DNA from: Chlorokybus atmophyticus
Taxonomy: Eukaryota > Plantae > Mesostigma and Chlorokybus algae
DNA length: 64,000 nucleotides
Assembly: GCA_009103225.1 (NCBI GenBank)
Contig: RHPI01002955.1
Span: 216,486-280,485, forward strand
Direction of reading: 5' to 3'
The notes below the pieces were generated by a model that was given only the letters and a program-made list of their open reading frames with translations, had not been told where the DNA came from and did no database searches. Positions 49,572-60,830 of this stretch are shown in pieces. The position numbers and the translations under genes were made by a program. How positions within the stretch are numbered: position 1 is the stretch's first letter; each line of letters starts with the position of its first letter.

Positions 49572-50186
49572 TCGCCAGCACCATAGCATCCACTGCGTTG
49601 CACAGCCCTGCAATTTTTACCCCTGTCACAGTGTGCTCTCCAGCTTCAACCACTGGCCTTGCTCTAGCTGCAGCTATGCAAACAGTGCAAACGAAGAGGG
49701 TGAGATGATTGTCACCTCGTTAACCCCTGCAGAGATCGAGGTCAACACATCCGACTGCCGTATCAGGGTACTCAAACAGACCACTGCCATCATCGAGCAA
49801 CAGCAAGATGAGCAGCAAGATGCAGCATCGAAGATGTGTGCGTTACCAATGCTAATGCTGGGGTTGCGTGCACCAGCAAGAGGCAGTGTCTTCACCCTCG
49901 GGTCGGTGGCACTGCGCGCACCAGCCATTGTCGTTGGTGCTGCGATGTTAGACTCTCCACTCAAGAATCTCTACGCTGCACTGCAAATTACCTTCCCATC
50001 TCAAATCGACAGCTAGATGAAAGAGCGTAGACGCTTCCAATTGAAAGTATCGCTAAAGAGGGTCCTCGTTGGGCTTTCATTGCAATAAAAGCCCAACGAG
50101 GACCCTCTTCGGCAATAATCGTGACTGGAAAGACTGCTGACAAACACTGTGTACAAGACTGCCAGCAATGAGGCAGCCGCAGTGGT

Positions 50187-50385
50187 ATATGAGATCATTA
50201 AGCGCGTGAAATGCGCGCCCATGAACTCAAGAACTTGGTAATGAGTAATGAGACTCTTGTGCCCCTAGTGCCGTAGGCACTTGGGGGCACAAGCACTCAT
50301 TAAAGTGAGGTATGAGTCACAAGCTCCTCATCTAGTCGCTTGAAGCCTTAGCACGGCGGCGCCACCCTTGACGTGGGTGGCAAGT
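50187..50385 (+). repeat. Isolated A repeat (left terminus) of the PAT-like YR element family, cut by a copia-like LTR
   Basis: Homologous to 55311-55515 and starts ATATGAG. Confidence 0.8.
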
Positions 50386-50874
50386 TGTTGAGAACTAGTG
50401 ATGCGCCTAGTGTGTGTGTATGTGCCTCTCACATACAAGTGTGCACACACTAAGGACAAGTGCAGCAAGCACGCTAATTATAGAGACAACATGACCCACT
50501 GTATTGAACAGTATACAATGTCTTATGCATTATGCTACTAAGCACTAGTCAACACTAGTTAATGGTCAAAGTCAATGGTTAATGTTGGGTATGGTTGACC
50601 ATAATTGCTATACCTCCTATAACTCTCGGAAAGCCTGTGACTATGAACGTTAAGCTGATCGTACCAACTACATGTAGGCGCCGCCTATACATGTAAATTC
50701 TACAACCTATAACCTTTAACACTCCCATGCGGGCAACTTGACCTTGAACTCCAAGTTCTTCTTGTAAGCTTACCCACATTGGCTTATTCCATTGAACACG
50801 CCCGCGGATGTGTTGCTCTCACGAACTTGATGCTTGTCTCCATGACATAATCCTTCTCCTCGTGCTGCCAGCAG

Positions 50875-51915
50875 AACTCATACACGAGTTACATGCGACA
50901 CACATCTCATGCTGAGGGGTCGCTATGAGTCGGTAGCATGGTGGCTACGCCCAGCACCGAAGTGCATTACAATACAATATCTAAGTGTACAGATACCGGC
51001 TGATCTATATACAAGTTCGCACTAGGGTGATAGGCTACAATTGTTAATTGTTATTGCTTGTTGGAAGTACATATATAGGTGGCGCCTACATGTAATTAGT
51101 ACGATCAGCTTAACCTTTGTAGTTACGAGAGTTAGGAGAGTTACGGCAGTTACGGCAGTTATGGCCAACCATGGTCAACTTTGACTTTGACCGTTGACTT
51201 TGACCATTGACTAGTGTTGATTAGTGTTGACTTTGACTAGAGTTGACTAGAGTTGACTAGTACTTAGTAGCATAGTATATAAGACACTGTATACTGCTTA
51301 ATATAGTGGGTCGCACATTATCTCTATAGTTGGCGTGCTTGCTGCACTTGTCCTTAGTGTGTGCACACTTGTATGTAAGAGGCAAATACACACACACTAG
51401 GTGCATCACTAGTTCTCAACAACAATTATGGAAACTACTTCTTCACATCAGGTGCAAAAGTCACGCGCTTTTTCGGTCTTCGTGTTGATGGCGCCATGGC
51501 TGCTGACGCAAAAATCGAAGCCTATACACATGCAAAGTAAACCACACTCGCCACCCACGTCAAGGATGGCGCCGCCGTGCTAGAATTTCAAGCGACTAAA
51601 AATGGAGCTTGTAACTCACAACTCGCTCAAGTGAGTGCTTGTGGCCCCAAGTGCCCAAGGCACTAGGGGCACAAGAGTCTCATGGAGGTTGACCGCCTAT
51701 CCTTCCTCCAAACCACACTCGCCACCCACGCCAAAGATGGCGCCGCCGTCCTAGGGTTTCAAGCAACGAGATAAGGAGCATGTGACTCACAACTCACTCT
51801 AGTGAATGCTTGTGCCCCCAAGTGCCCAAGGCACGAGGGGCACAAGAGTCTCATAACTCATGAGCGAGTTCTTGAGTTCATGGGCGCGCATTTCATGCGC
51901 TTCATGATCTCATAT
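50875..51915 (-). mobile_element. Internally deleted derivative of the PAT-like YR element (A1-deletion-A2-C-B2)
   Basis: Both termini retained (ATATGAG... and ...ATGAGTT). Inserted between GTC and CTGC of the copia host with no TSD, by comparison with the uninterrupted host at about 62905-62915. Confidence 0.8.
51042..51421. mobile_element. Solo LTR of the copia-like family (380 bp)
   Basis: TGTTAA...CTCAACA; TSD ACAAT at 51037-51041 and 51422-51426. Confidence 0.9.
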
Positions 51916-52023
51916 GACTACAAGGTTCAAATACTCCTTGTTTCCTACTTACAACTGTCGCATTATGTTCCACCACGCAATGCCTGACCTTGCTCAGGTG
52001 GTTCTAAAGATTCGATGGCAAAC

Positions 52024-52531
52024 TGTCACGAATTGGGATAAATTGTGACAGACCTCACTCATGGTATTGTCTTTTACTAACATAGCCTAGTGGTCGGGCC
52101 CCAATTGATACAATGATTTCGGAGCTTGACGTCTCAGGTTCAATTCCCGTAGGGGACTGAGGCAAATCCAATGCAAAAACAAAAACATTTGGGGCGGCTT
52201 GCAGTAGGCTGGGCGCGGGATCACGACCTGCGCGCCGAGCTAGTTCAACCTAAGGCCGTGTGAGCGGTCGCGCTGTGATGGCAGGTCGCGCGGTGAGGAT
52301 GGCCGTTTGGTCGGTCAGGACCGTTCGTGGGCCGGATCCAACACGCCGCGGGCAGACCAATTGTGGTACGGCCGCGAAAACGGCGACATGGGCTAGTGCC
52401 TCATTGGATTATGAGGAACTCATGGGTTAAATTGGGGAGGAATGTCACGAATTGGGATAAATTGTGTCAGACCTCACTCATGGTAGTGTCTTTTACTACC
52501 ATAGCTTAGTGGTCGGGCCCCAATTGTTACC
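52024..52531 (+). mobile_element. TRIM family 2 (508 bp, 89-bp LTRs)
   Basis: LTRs at 52024-52112 and 52443-52531; TSD CAAAC/CAAAT; degenerate PBS TGATTTCGGAGC; PPT GGGGAGGAA. Confidence 0.88.
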
Positions 52532-54189
52532 CAAATTGTGCTATAAACTACATTGAGTTCTATACCTTAGCAGTGCTGTACCAGAGTGTAGGCCGTGCAA
52601 GGGTTGATCAGACCCTTCTACCAAGAAAAGCACCCCTCCCATCTCCTATTAGGTAGCTATACAACTCAGTCCTTGCATGCCAACTAAGTGAAGTGCTTTA
52701 ACCCATACCGTAGACATGTGTGCTACAATGTATGCAGCTCTACACCAGCAACTACTCATAGGCTAGCCGTGACTCTCACAGACCTTGATGTCTGCGACCT
52801 CCGTCTACGCATATCCTTCACGCGCCCTTGCAGTGGGAGAAGAAGGACGAACACCATTTATTGCAACTTCTTGAGGTCCTCACCAATTATAAGAAGCAAT
52901 CGCTATCGTGGCATGCTCCTTGGTTTCCTCCTCGTGGATCCTCTTCTGGCACTCGCGCATGAAGTGGCCGTTCATCTTGCAGTAGTGACACTCTTTGTCA
53001 CGTGGTGGCTTCCCACCGCCTGCTTTGCTCCTGCTTTGTGTGTGTTGAGGAGATGAGGCAGCAAGTGCGATAGGTTCTCCACCGTTCTCTATCTCCTCAA
53101 CATCCAACTTGCCTTCCACAGCTAGCAGCTTAGGCACTACATTAGCGAACTTCAACACCACATAAAAAGACTCCATCACTGTCACTAGCGTAGCAAAACT
53201 CTTCCCTAAGCCACCTGGAACTGCCCACATCACCTCCTCTTCCTTCACATCGCGGCCCACTCAATCATGCCAACCGATGCGTGCTCAGCAAATTATCTTC
53301 GAGCTCTCGCCATTTGACCCACTCGGACTTTGGCGTCATTCTGTGCAAGACCTCGTAGTGACCACATTAGACATGTCGCTTAGCGCTAACCCAGCACTTT
53401 GTGGGCTTGTTTAAGGGAGCCAACAAGAACGCTTTTTTGTCCCAAAGCACGCATAATGCTACTGACTGGATCAAGCGGCACAAGTACATGCGCGACGGCA
53501 GGCATATGAAGCATCACGCGCTGCTGCTAGCCAACTTGCAGGGGCATTTGGCATCGCTGGTGCCTCCACCACATTTGAGACGATGCCACCTTTCGCAATC
53601 GCGATCACTCCGCAGGGGCACACAACTGCTAGTTACCAAGCGAGGGCGTTGGCATATCAGTTGATCGGGGTAAGCGCTGCTTCCTTCCTTGTTCGAGGAT
53701 ATGCCGGAAGACCAGCGTGATGATGCAGGGCGAGTTTACCTCACCCAACAAGGGGACACCACACATTAGGGTGGAACTAGTATGGTGGGAGAGTAACAAC
53801 TCCGTATCGCGCTCGAATGACAAGCAGTTATGCTGCACGGGCCGGAGCGCAATGCAAAAAAACAAGTGATGGGGATGCGAGGGCGCAGCGCAGCTTGAGC
53901 ACGGCTAGTGACGTGGCTCATTGCAAACCACTCTACCGGACCCATGTTTGCTTGCTACGACAGAGCATAAAGCATATCACACAATCCCGGGGGACATTTT
54001 GTATGCAATGTTAATGGAGCTTCTTGTGGTTTTTAACTCATCTTATGAACTATTTGCATGCTTTAAGGCCTCTTGCACCTACTAAGTTAAGGAAACTTAA
54101 TTAACTCTCGCGTCTGCTAGCACGGTATAGTCCTCCGCTTCAAGGTGGCAAAATCTTGATATTCCAATGGTCTACTCTGAAATCTGCAA

Positions 54190-55310
54190 CGGGCATTTGA
54201 TGAGGCACCATGTGCCAGCAAAGTTGTTGGCCCGTGTATATGGCAAGCTACAGTCCATGTTCATGATATCGAGCCCTGTCATTAAACTCGTGACTTGGCA
54301 TACACGCCGTTTTTAAGAAAAGGAGTTCACACATGGTGCGCTACGCGGAGCGGAGATTGATGAGCTTACATGGATGCGAGACCACTTTGAGGAGCGCATT
54401 ACGTGGCGCGCATATGGTCTATAGTGCAGCCGAACATCGTGCAGTTTGTAGACATTAGCGGCACTGATTGGGGACTAGTGCGCCGTGGCACGGCTACCAC
54501 AATAGCAAAGGGCACATTCACGTCTAAGGAGTGCCTCACTTCATCAACATGTCGTGAGCGTATGTGCCTTGAGCGTGCACTGCTCACTGTAGAGGCGGTG
54601 TCACAGCCCACTCGACCACAAGAGACTTGGTGCTTTTATGGGCGATTTGTGGTAACTTAATGTAACTTCCCATTACACTCCCCCCACTTAAGAACGCTGA
54701 TGTCCTCGGCAGATGTGTATGCTCAGGTGGGAAATTATCCCAGGGATTTATTGGGTCGGTCACCGGCCCCACGGTTGAGGTTCGGCCAATTTAGGCCCAA
54801 ACCAGTTAACGCGCGCATAGCGCACCGCTGCCGGCCCCACAGGTCGCATCACGACAGGCAAGTCACATCCTGCCGCGCCAACTGAACATTGGCGCGACTG
54901 CCACTCGGCAAGTCGTGCCAACGACCCATCGATGATGGCACTTATGAAGTGACCATTTACAATGTTATTGGATCGAGAAACAACGATCGCGAAATTCGTG
55001 TGCATGGCAGGAATCGAACCCGGGTTTGAAGCTGCGATGACCAATGTCACAACCCACTCGAGCACAAAAGACTTGGTGCTTTTATGGTCAATTTGTGGTA
55101 ATCTAATGCACCTTCCCATGATAACCGGAGCTATGTGGGTAGGATTATGCTATGCTATGGCAATGCCCGCAGTGTATACTGCATCATGTGCAAAGATGGC
55201 AGTGAGGCCGCACACTTGCAGCAAGTGGCATATCGCATCCGTTGACATTGCTACCGCCATTGCATCCGCTTACGCGTGGAATGGTTGCCATGCGAGTTTG
55301 ACGAAGAGGC
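54190..55310 (+). pseudogene. Older DIRS-order RT/RNase H remnant, continuing at about 61409-61550
   Basis: Homologous to 58720-59310; homology resumes after the younger element (CTTGCTCGCCCGCAAGTGGGG at both about 59370 and 61470). Confidence 0.75.
54599..55123 (-). mobile_element. TRIM family 1 copy D
   Basis: LTRs at 54599-54677 and 55045-55123; perfect B box GGTTCGATTCC on the minus strand at 55010-55020; TSD degraded (GGCGG/ACCGG). Confidence 0.88.
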
Positions 55311-55546
55311 ATATGAGTTCATGAAGCGCATGACATGCGCGCCCATGAACTCAAGAACTTGTGAATGAGTTATGAGACTCTTGTGCCCCTAGTGCCCTAG
55401 GCACTTGGGGGCACAAGCCCTCATTAGAGTGAGTTGTGAGTCACAAGCTCCTTATCTAATTGCTTCCCACGTCAAGCACGGCGGCGCCATCCTTGACGTG
55501 GGTGGTGAGTGTGGTGAGAAGGTGTGGACGGAGGCGGCCCTCCACC

Positions 55547-57011
55547 ATGGTCACACGGTCACAAGCGAGTGCCCACGATAATGGAAAGGAGGTGGCGGCC
55601 ACGGCCGCAATGGCGTTGCTAGCCGCCAATTGCTCATTGCGGCCTAAGAGTCCGCGTCGTGAGGTGGAGGAGGGAAGGATGGAGAGAGAGGAGGGAGAGG
55701 TGCGCCCCGCCGGCGGTGGGAGAGAAGAGGAGGTGAATAAGGAGGGTGGTGGTGGAGGCGAGGATGAGGAGTTCGATGAGGAGTTGGATGAGGGCTTTCG
55801 CCCAAAGCGCCCAAATCGGGCTCCAAGTCCAAATCGCTCTACCACCCCGTCCATGATGTCCGTGGAGGACATGGCGAGGAGGCTGGAGGTGTTGGAGGCG
55901 GAGAACATTCGCTTAAAGCATGGGAAGGTGCCGGTCATCCCTTATAAGCCCGTCGCCAACGAGCCCACCCACCCCCTACTTGTGAGCATCTTTCGCCGCT
56001 ATAATGGCGACTCCACTAACCCCAAAGCTCGAGTGGGAGCTATGGCCACCCGCTTCAGCGAGCCCGTGACCCCTTGGAAGGAGAACTTGAAGAAGCGGGC
56101 TCGACAACACCTTGAGGTGGCGGCTCATCCCGGCTCGGCGGCATCCTCTTTCGTCAGGGTGCCTGCGCACCTTGCCGAGGACCCCCACTTCGCCAAGGCC
56201 GAAAGTTGAAAGGTGGGCTCATTTTTTGTTGAGCACCGCCATATGCACGCACATCCGGCTCCGGACTTCGCCCACGCACGCTTGCACATGCGTGCATTAT
56301 GGGCCTTATGAAGGCGCCAGCCCAGATAGCTACACACTCATTCAATTAGCTACATGCGTTCCGCATCCCTCCTCCCCCCATGTCCGGAGGGGGGGGAGGG
56401 GCCCGCACTTAACACCATTATATGTTCACCTCTGCATTCACATTATAACTACCCCACAGCAAAGGAACGAGCACAACAGGGCACAACATCTGCATTTGCA
56501 TGCGCATATGCATATAATAGGTATGGGAACGGATTGTGGTGCACTTGGCGCTAGACCCAGTGGCTTTGAGCCCGTAGGAACATGCAATGTGTGTTGCTCA
56601 TGTGTGCTCTGTGCGCAGCATTGGATGAGGTGTGTAAGCAATTCCACTATGTGGAAATGGCCAACAAGCATGAATGGAAGGTCGTAGACGAGCTGGTGCG
56701 CAACCCCCTCGCCATGGATGATGATGAGGCAAAGCGCCTACAGAAGGCGTTAAAGGATGTGGCTGCGGCGCAGCCCAAGCCCAAGGCAAAGCCTGCCTAC
56801 CATCCCAACAAGGGGCGGGGCCAGTACCCCCCCCCGCTACTTGGGGTCCTATGCATCGGGTGCGGGGCAGACCAGTTACCGGACCGCTCCTATGCAGTCT
56901 CAGGCAGCTTCTACTGGGGGCCAGCGGGATGTCCGCACCTGCTACAACTGTGGGAAGCCCGGGCACCTGCGTGCCTATTGCCGTGAGCCTGCAGGGCGTG
57001 GGGGCCATTAG
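55547..57011 (+). pseudogene. Gag-like ORF1 of the YR element, interrupted
   Basis: MVTRSQ... to 56209; EMANKHEWKVVDELVRNPLAMDDDEAKRLQKA (DIRS gag-like); knuckle CYNCGKPGHLRAYC in a shifted frame. Confidence 0.7.
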
Positions 57012-57449
57012 CTCTCATAGTAGCCCCGTAGCTGTGTTATAACAGCCTAGTAGCTGTACACTTGTACGCATATATTGCATGTACTTGCTTTTGACGTCTT
57101 AAATGACCCTCGAATGGAATTACTCTGAGTTCATGATTATGACGCAATGACGCTGAAGTAGAGCCAAAGAACGTGCAATTTTAACACGGTTTGCTATGGT
57201 TGCGACTTGTTTGGCTCATAACTTTCGGTTGATACCCCGGCCAGACGAAAGTTTCTTGATATTTAGAGACTCCTCGGCTTAAGCGCCGAGAAACGCTTCC
57301 TTCTGAACGTTTCCATCGAACATCGTTTGCAAAAGTTATGACCTTGCCAAGATGAGAGTGCATGCACTCACTTCGTGCGTATACGGGGTGCAGAAACGGC
57401 GGCAGCGTGCATAGTGGCACTTGACTACACTTTAATTGAGTCGGTGGTG

Positions 57450-59795
57450 GAGGACTGGATGAAACACCATGTGTTTGCACGAGCACCTAGCAATTTGGTG
57501 GTGGAAGGCTTATATATGAGGCACCGCTTATGGCGGGCCCTGCCAGCATGGCAGCAGTTGTGTGAGTCTGCCATGGTGCTCGCGTGGGTGGAGTACGGGT
57601 ACAAGCTACCTTGGGCGACTGACCCACCCCCGGAATGGGCATTCACCAACCACAAGGGTGTACATGAGTTTGCGGACTTCACTGCGGCTGCCATTGCCAA
57701 CCTAGTGCATAGTGGGGCCGCACAAGAGTGTGTGACACCCTACCTCGTGGTGAGCCCTCTCAACGTGGTTGACAATGGCCGCAAGCTGCGCCTCATTATG
57801 GACTTGCGCTATGTCACCTCCTACTTGGTTGACACGCCATTGAAGTATAAGGATGTGTGTTGAGAACTAGTGATGCGCCTAGTGTGTGTGTATTTGCCTC
57901 CTACATACAAGTGTGCACACTCTCAGGACAAGTGCAGCAAGCACGCCAACTATAAAGACAATGTGCGACCCACTGTATTAAGCAGTATACAGTGTCTTAT
58001 ACACTATGCTACTAAGTACTAGTCAACTCTAGTCAACTCTAGTCAAAGTCAACACTAGTGAACACTAGTCAATGGTCAAAGTCAACGGTCAAAGTCAAAG
58101 TTGACCATGGTTGACCATAACTGCCGTAACTCCCGTAACTCTCCTAACTCTCGTAACTCCCGTAACTATAAAGGTTAAGCTAATCGTACCAACTACATGT
58201 AGGCGCCACCTATACATGTACTTTCAACAAGCTATAACATTTAACAATGTGCGCAGCATTCCAGACTTGCTGCAGCCCGAGGACTGGTTGTTCTCTACGG
58301 ACTTGAAGTCCGGATACCATCATGTAGACATACACCCCACCTTCTGGGGCTACTTGGGGTTCTCATTTGCGGGCAAAGTGTACAACTTTTGCTCCCTGCC
58401 GTTTGGGTTGAGCACATTTTGCTTTTTATTCACTAAGCTGTTGAAGCAATTGGTGCGCCGTTAGCGTGTACAATGCATCCGCGTCCTGCCATACATTGAC
58501 GATATCCTGTTTGCTGCTAGCTCCAAGGCTGCGCATGCCTCCACCCTGGCCGTAGTGAAAGCAGATGCAGCATGGTGCGGTTTGGTGATCAATGCCAAGG
58601 CGCAAACGGTGTTCAGTCGAGTGATTGTATTCCTGGGCTTTGTATGGGATACACACGCTGGCGTGGTACGTGTTCCTGGCAAGAGATGGTTTGCTCCGAG
58701 ATCTGCAGCGTGCTTTTGGTGAGAGGCGCCATGTCCCAGTAAAGTTGCAGGCCAGGATTTGTGGCAAGCTACAATCTATGTTCTTAATGTTAGGGCCTGC
58801 AGTCAAACTCATGACTTGGCATACACGCCGCTTGATTGAGACGCGCCGCTCCTGAAATTCACACATGGTGCTGCGCAAGGCGGAGATTGATAAGTTTACG
58901 TGGTTGCTAGACCACTTCGAGGAGCTGAACATGGCACCTATTTGGCCAATAGCGCAGCCGGATATAGTGCAATTTGTGGATGCTAGCGGCACCGATGGGG
59001 GACTAGTGCGCCATGGCACAGCTACCCCCGTGGCGAAAGGCACACTCACACCGGCTGAGTGCTTGACTTCATCCACATATTTATTGCGAGCTACTCGGAC
59101 TTGAGCGTGCCCTACTCACTGTGGAGGAGGAGCTACATGGACGCACGGTGCTCTGCTATGGCGATGCCCGCAATGTGTAGTACATTATGCGTCAAGGGGG
59201 CAGTGAGGCCGAGCACTTGCAGCAAGGGGCATGCCGTATTTTCTTACATTGCTACCGGCATTGCATCCTCTTGCATGTGGAGTGGTTACCACGTGAGCTC
59301 AATGAGGAGGCGGACGCGCTTTTCAAAGCACTGAATTGGAACGGTTGGACCTTGCAAACCCCATGGGTCAGCTTGCTCGCCCGCAAGTGGGGCGCCTTTG
59401 ATGTAGACCGCTTCGCCACGGATGCCAACATTGTGTGTGTGGCCTTCAACTCGGTGTTGCCATGTCCGGGCTCATGCGGCAATGCCTTTCACTCTGACTG
59501 GAGTGGTTGCAACAACCGGTGCCATCCCCCACCACACCATGTTGGCACTGTCCTGCACCATGCCCGCGAAGGCAAGGCTCACATGTGCCTCATTGTGCCC
59601 GAGTGGACAACCCAAACTTGGTGGCCCGTGCTCTGCCCCGGTGGGGTGTGGGCACCATTTGTTACACATGTTGTGAGCATACCCAGAGGCCCAGCCTGCT
59701 TGTGGCCTAGCCCTCAAGCCACGCAACTGCAAGGGGGCTTGCCCAATAGTCGCATGTGGGCATTGCGGATTGACTTGTGTCCTGGCCATTGACAC
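57450..59795 (+). pseudogene. RT-RNase H-methyltransferase-like ORF of the YR element, split by a solo LTR, with stops and frameshifts
   Basis: RLIMDLR, STDLKSGYHHV, LPFGL, YIDD (58492-58503), FVDAS, WLPRELNEEADAL, DVDRFATDAN...NAFHSDW...PP...LIVPEW...WWP. Confidence 0.88.
57858..58246. mobile_element. Solo LTR of the copia-like family (389 bp) inside the RT gene
   Basis: TGTTGAG...TTTAACA; TSD ATGTG at 57853-57857 and 58247-58251; removing it restores KYKDV|RSIPDLL. Confidence 0.92.
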
Positions 59796-59872
59796 ATGTT
59801 GTGTGCAGCTGCTATTAAGCGTACCTATAATTGCTCATGCCCAACGTCTTCGGAGACTAGGAGATTGAGCGC

Positions 59873-60830
59873 GTGCGCACCTTATACCCGGCAGTGGCAA
59901 CGGCGTCACGTGCTACTAGCACCCTCCGCGGCCATGAGGGCTACTGGCGCCGCTTTGTGGAGTTCTGCACGCCTCGTGGTTGGGCTGCCCTACCAGCAGA
60001 CCCTGGCACAGTGGCCCTTTTTTTGACCAAGGTGTTGGTGGATTCCACCACCCCGGCATCTGTGAAACATGCCTCTTCGGCCATACATGCTGCGCATAAC
60101 ATGGCAGGCTAGGCCTCTGCCACTACGCATGCACTCATTGATGTGGTGCGTGAGGCCGCTGCTAGGCTGCTCCCATCGAACACGCGGAAGAAGGACGCCT
60201 ACGCGCCTGAGCTCTTGCGAGCCATGGTCTCGCACTTTGCACGCAACGGGTGGGACTTGGTAGCCAGGTTGCAAACGGTGGCGGTGCTGTTGCGGTTTGC
60301 AGGTATTATGCGGTATTTCGACGTGGTGGAGGTCAACACGGCGGACATTGTCTTTCACCCAGGCCGCATGGATATCATCATCCCGCGCAGCAAAACCGAT
60401 CAACACGGTGTGGGCGCCACAGTGCATATAGCTGCTGTGGGTGGTGATTTGTGCCCTGTGATGCACACCAAAAAGTTGTTATTTGCCTAGGGATATCGGC
60501 ACGCGGGCTCGCGCAAGTTGCTGCGCTCCATTATACAGGTGGGGGGAACGTGCATTATACGCAACACCGTGGTACCATATGGCACCATCTTTGGGAGAAG
60601 GCAGCCATTAAGGCGGCAGGGGAGGACCCCACGCGCTTTGGCACACATTTTGCCCGTTCGAGAGATGCGACCCAAGCCGTGAAAGCTGGTGTGCCCTAGC
60701 ACATGTGGCAGCAATTCGGGCGTTGGAAGCCTGCCACTGCAGCTAAGGGCTATGTGTGCGCCGCGTTGCTTGAGTTGCACAAGCTAACAAGGAGCCTCAC
60801 CTTAGGTGGTACGCGCTCAAACTGTTTTTA
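59873..60830 (+). pseudogene. Tyrosine recombinase of the YR element, with in-frame stops
   Basis: FAGIMR, IPRSKTDQ, DLCPV, GTHFAR, GRW and KGY give the R-K-HxxR-W-Y catalytic set. Confidence 0.88.

Larger units (their letters stand above)
50386..53300 (-). mobile_element. Gag-only copia-like element (3' LTR 50386-50721) hosting three later insertions
   Basis: Gag remnant with CHYCKMNGHFMREC at 52880-53260; internal sequence collinear with 62753-63844. Far end approximate. Confidence 0.75.

Noticed and set aside
53300-54190. Possible continuation of the YR element that starts at 50187
   Set aside because: No alignable similarity to 55520-57400 by eye and no matching TSD for the copia insertion; origin undetermined.
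58020-58170. CRISPR-like appearance of short repeats
   Set aside because: Units are 7-12 nt, adjacent, without unique spacers, and lie inside a eukaryotic LTR; no cas genes.
58426-59076. 216-aa minus-strand ORF
   Set aside because: Antisense to the RT/RNase H of the YR element, with no independent motif.
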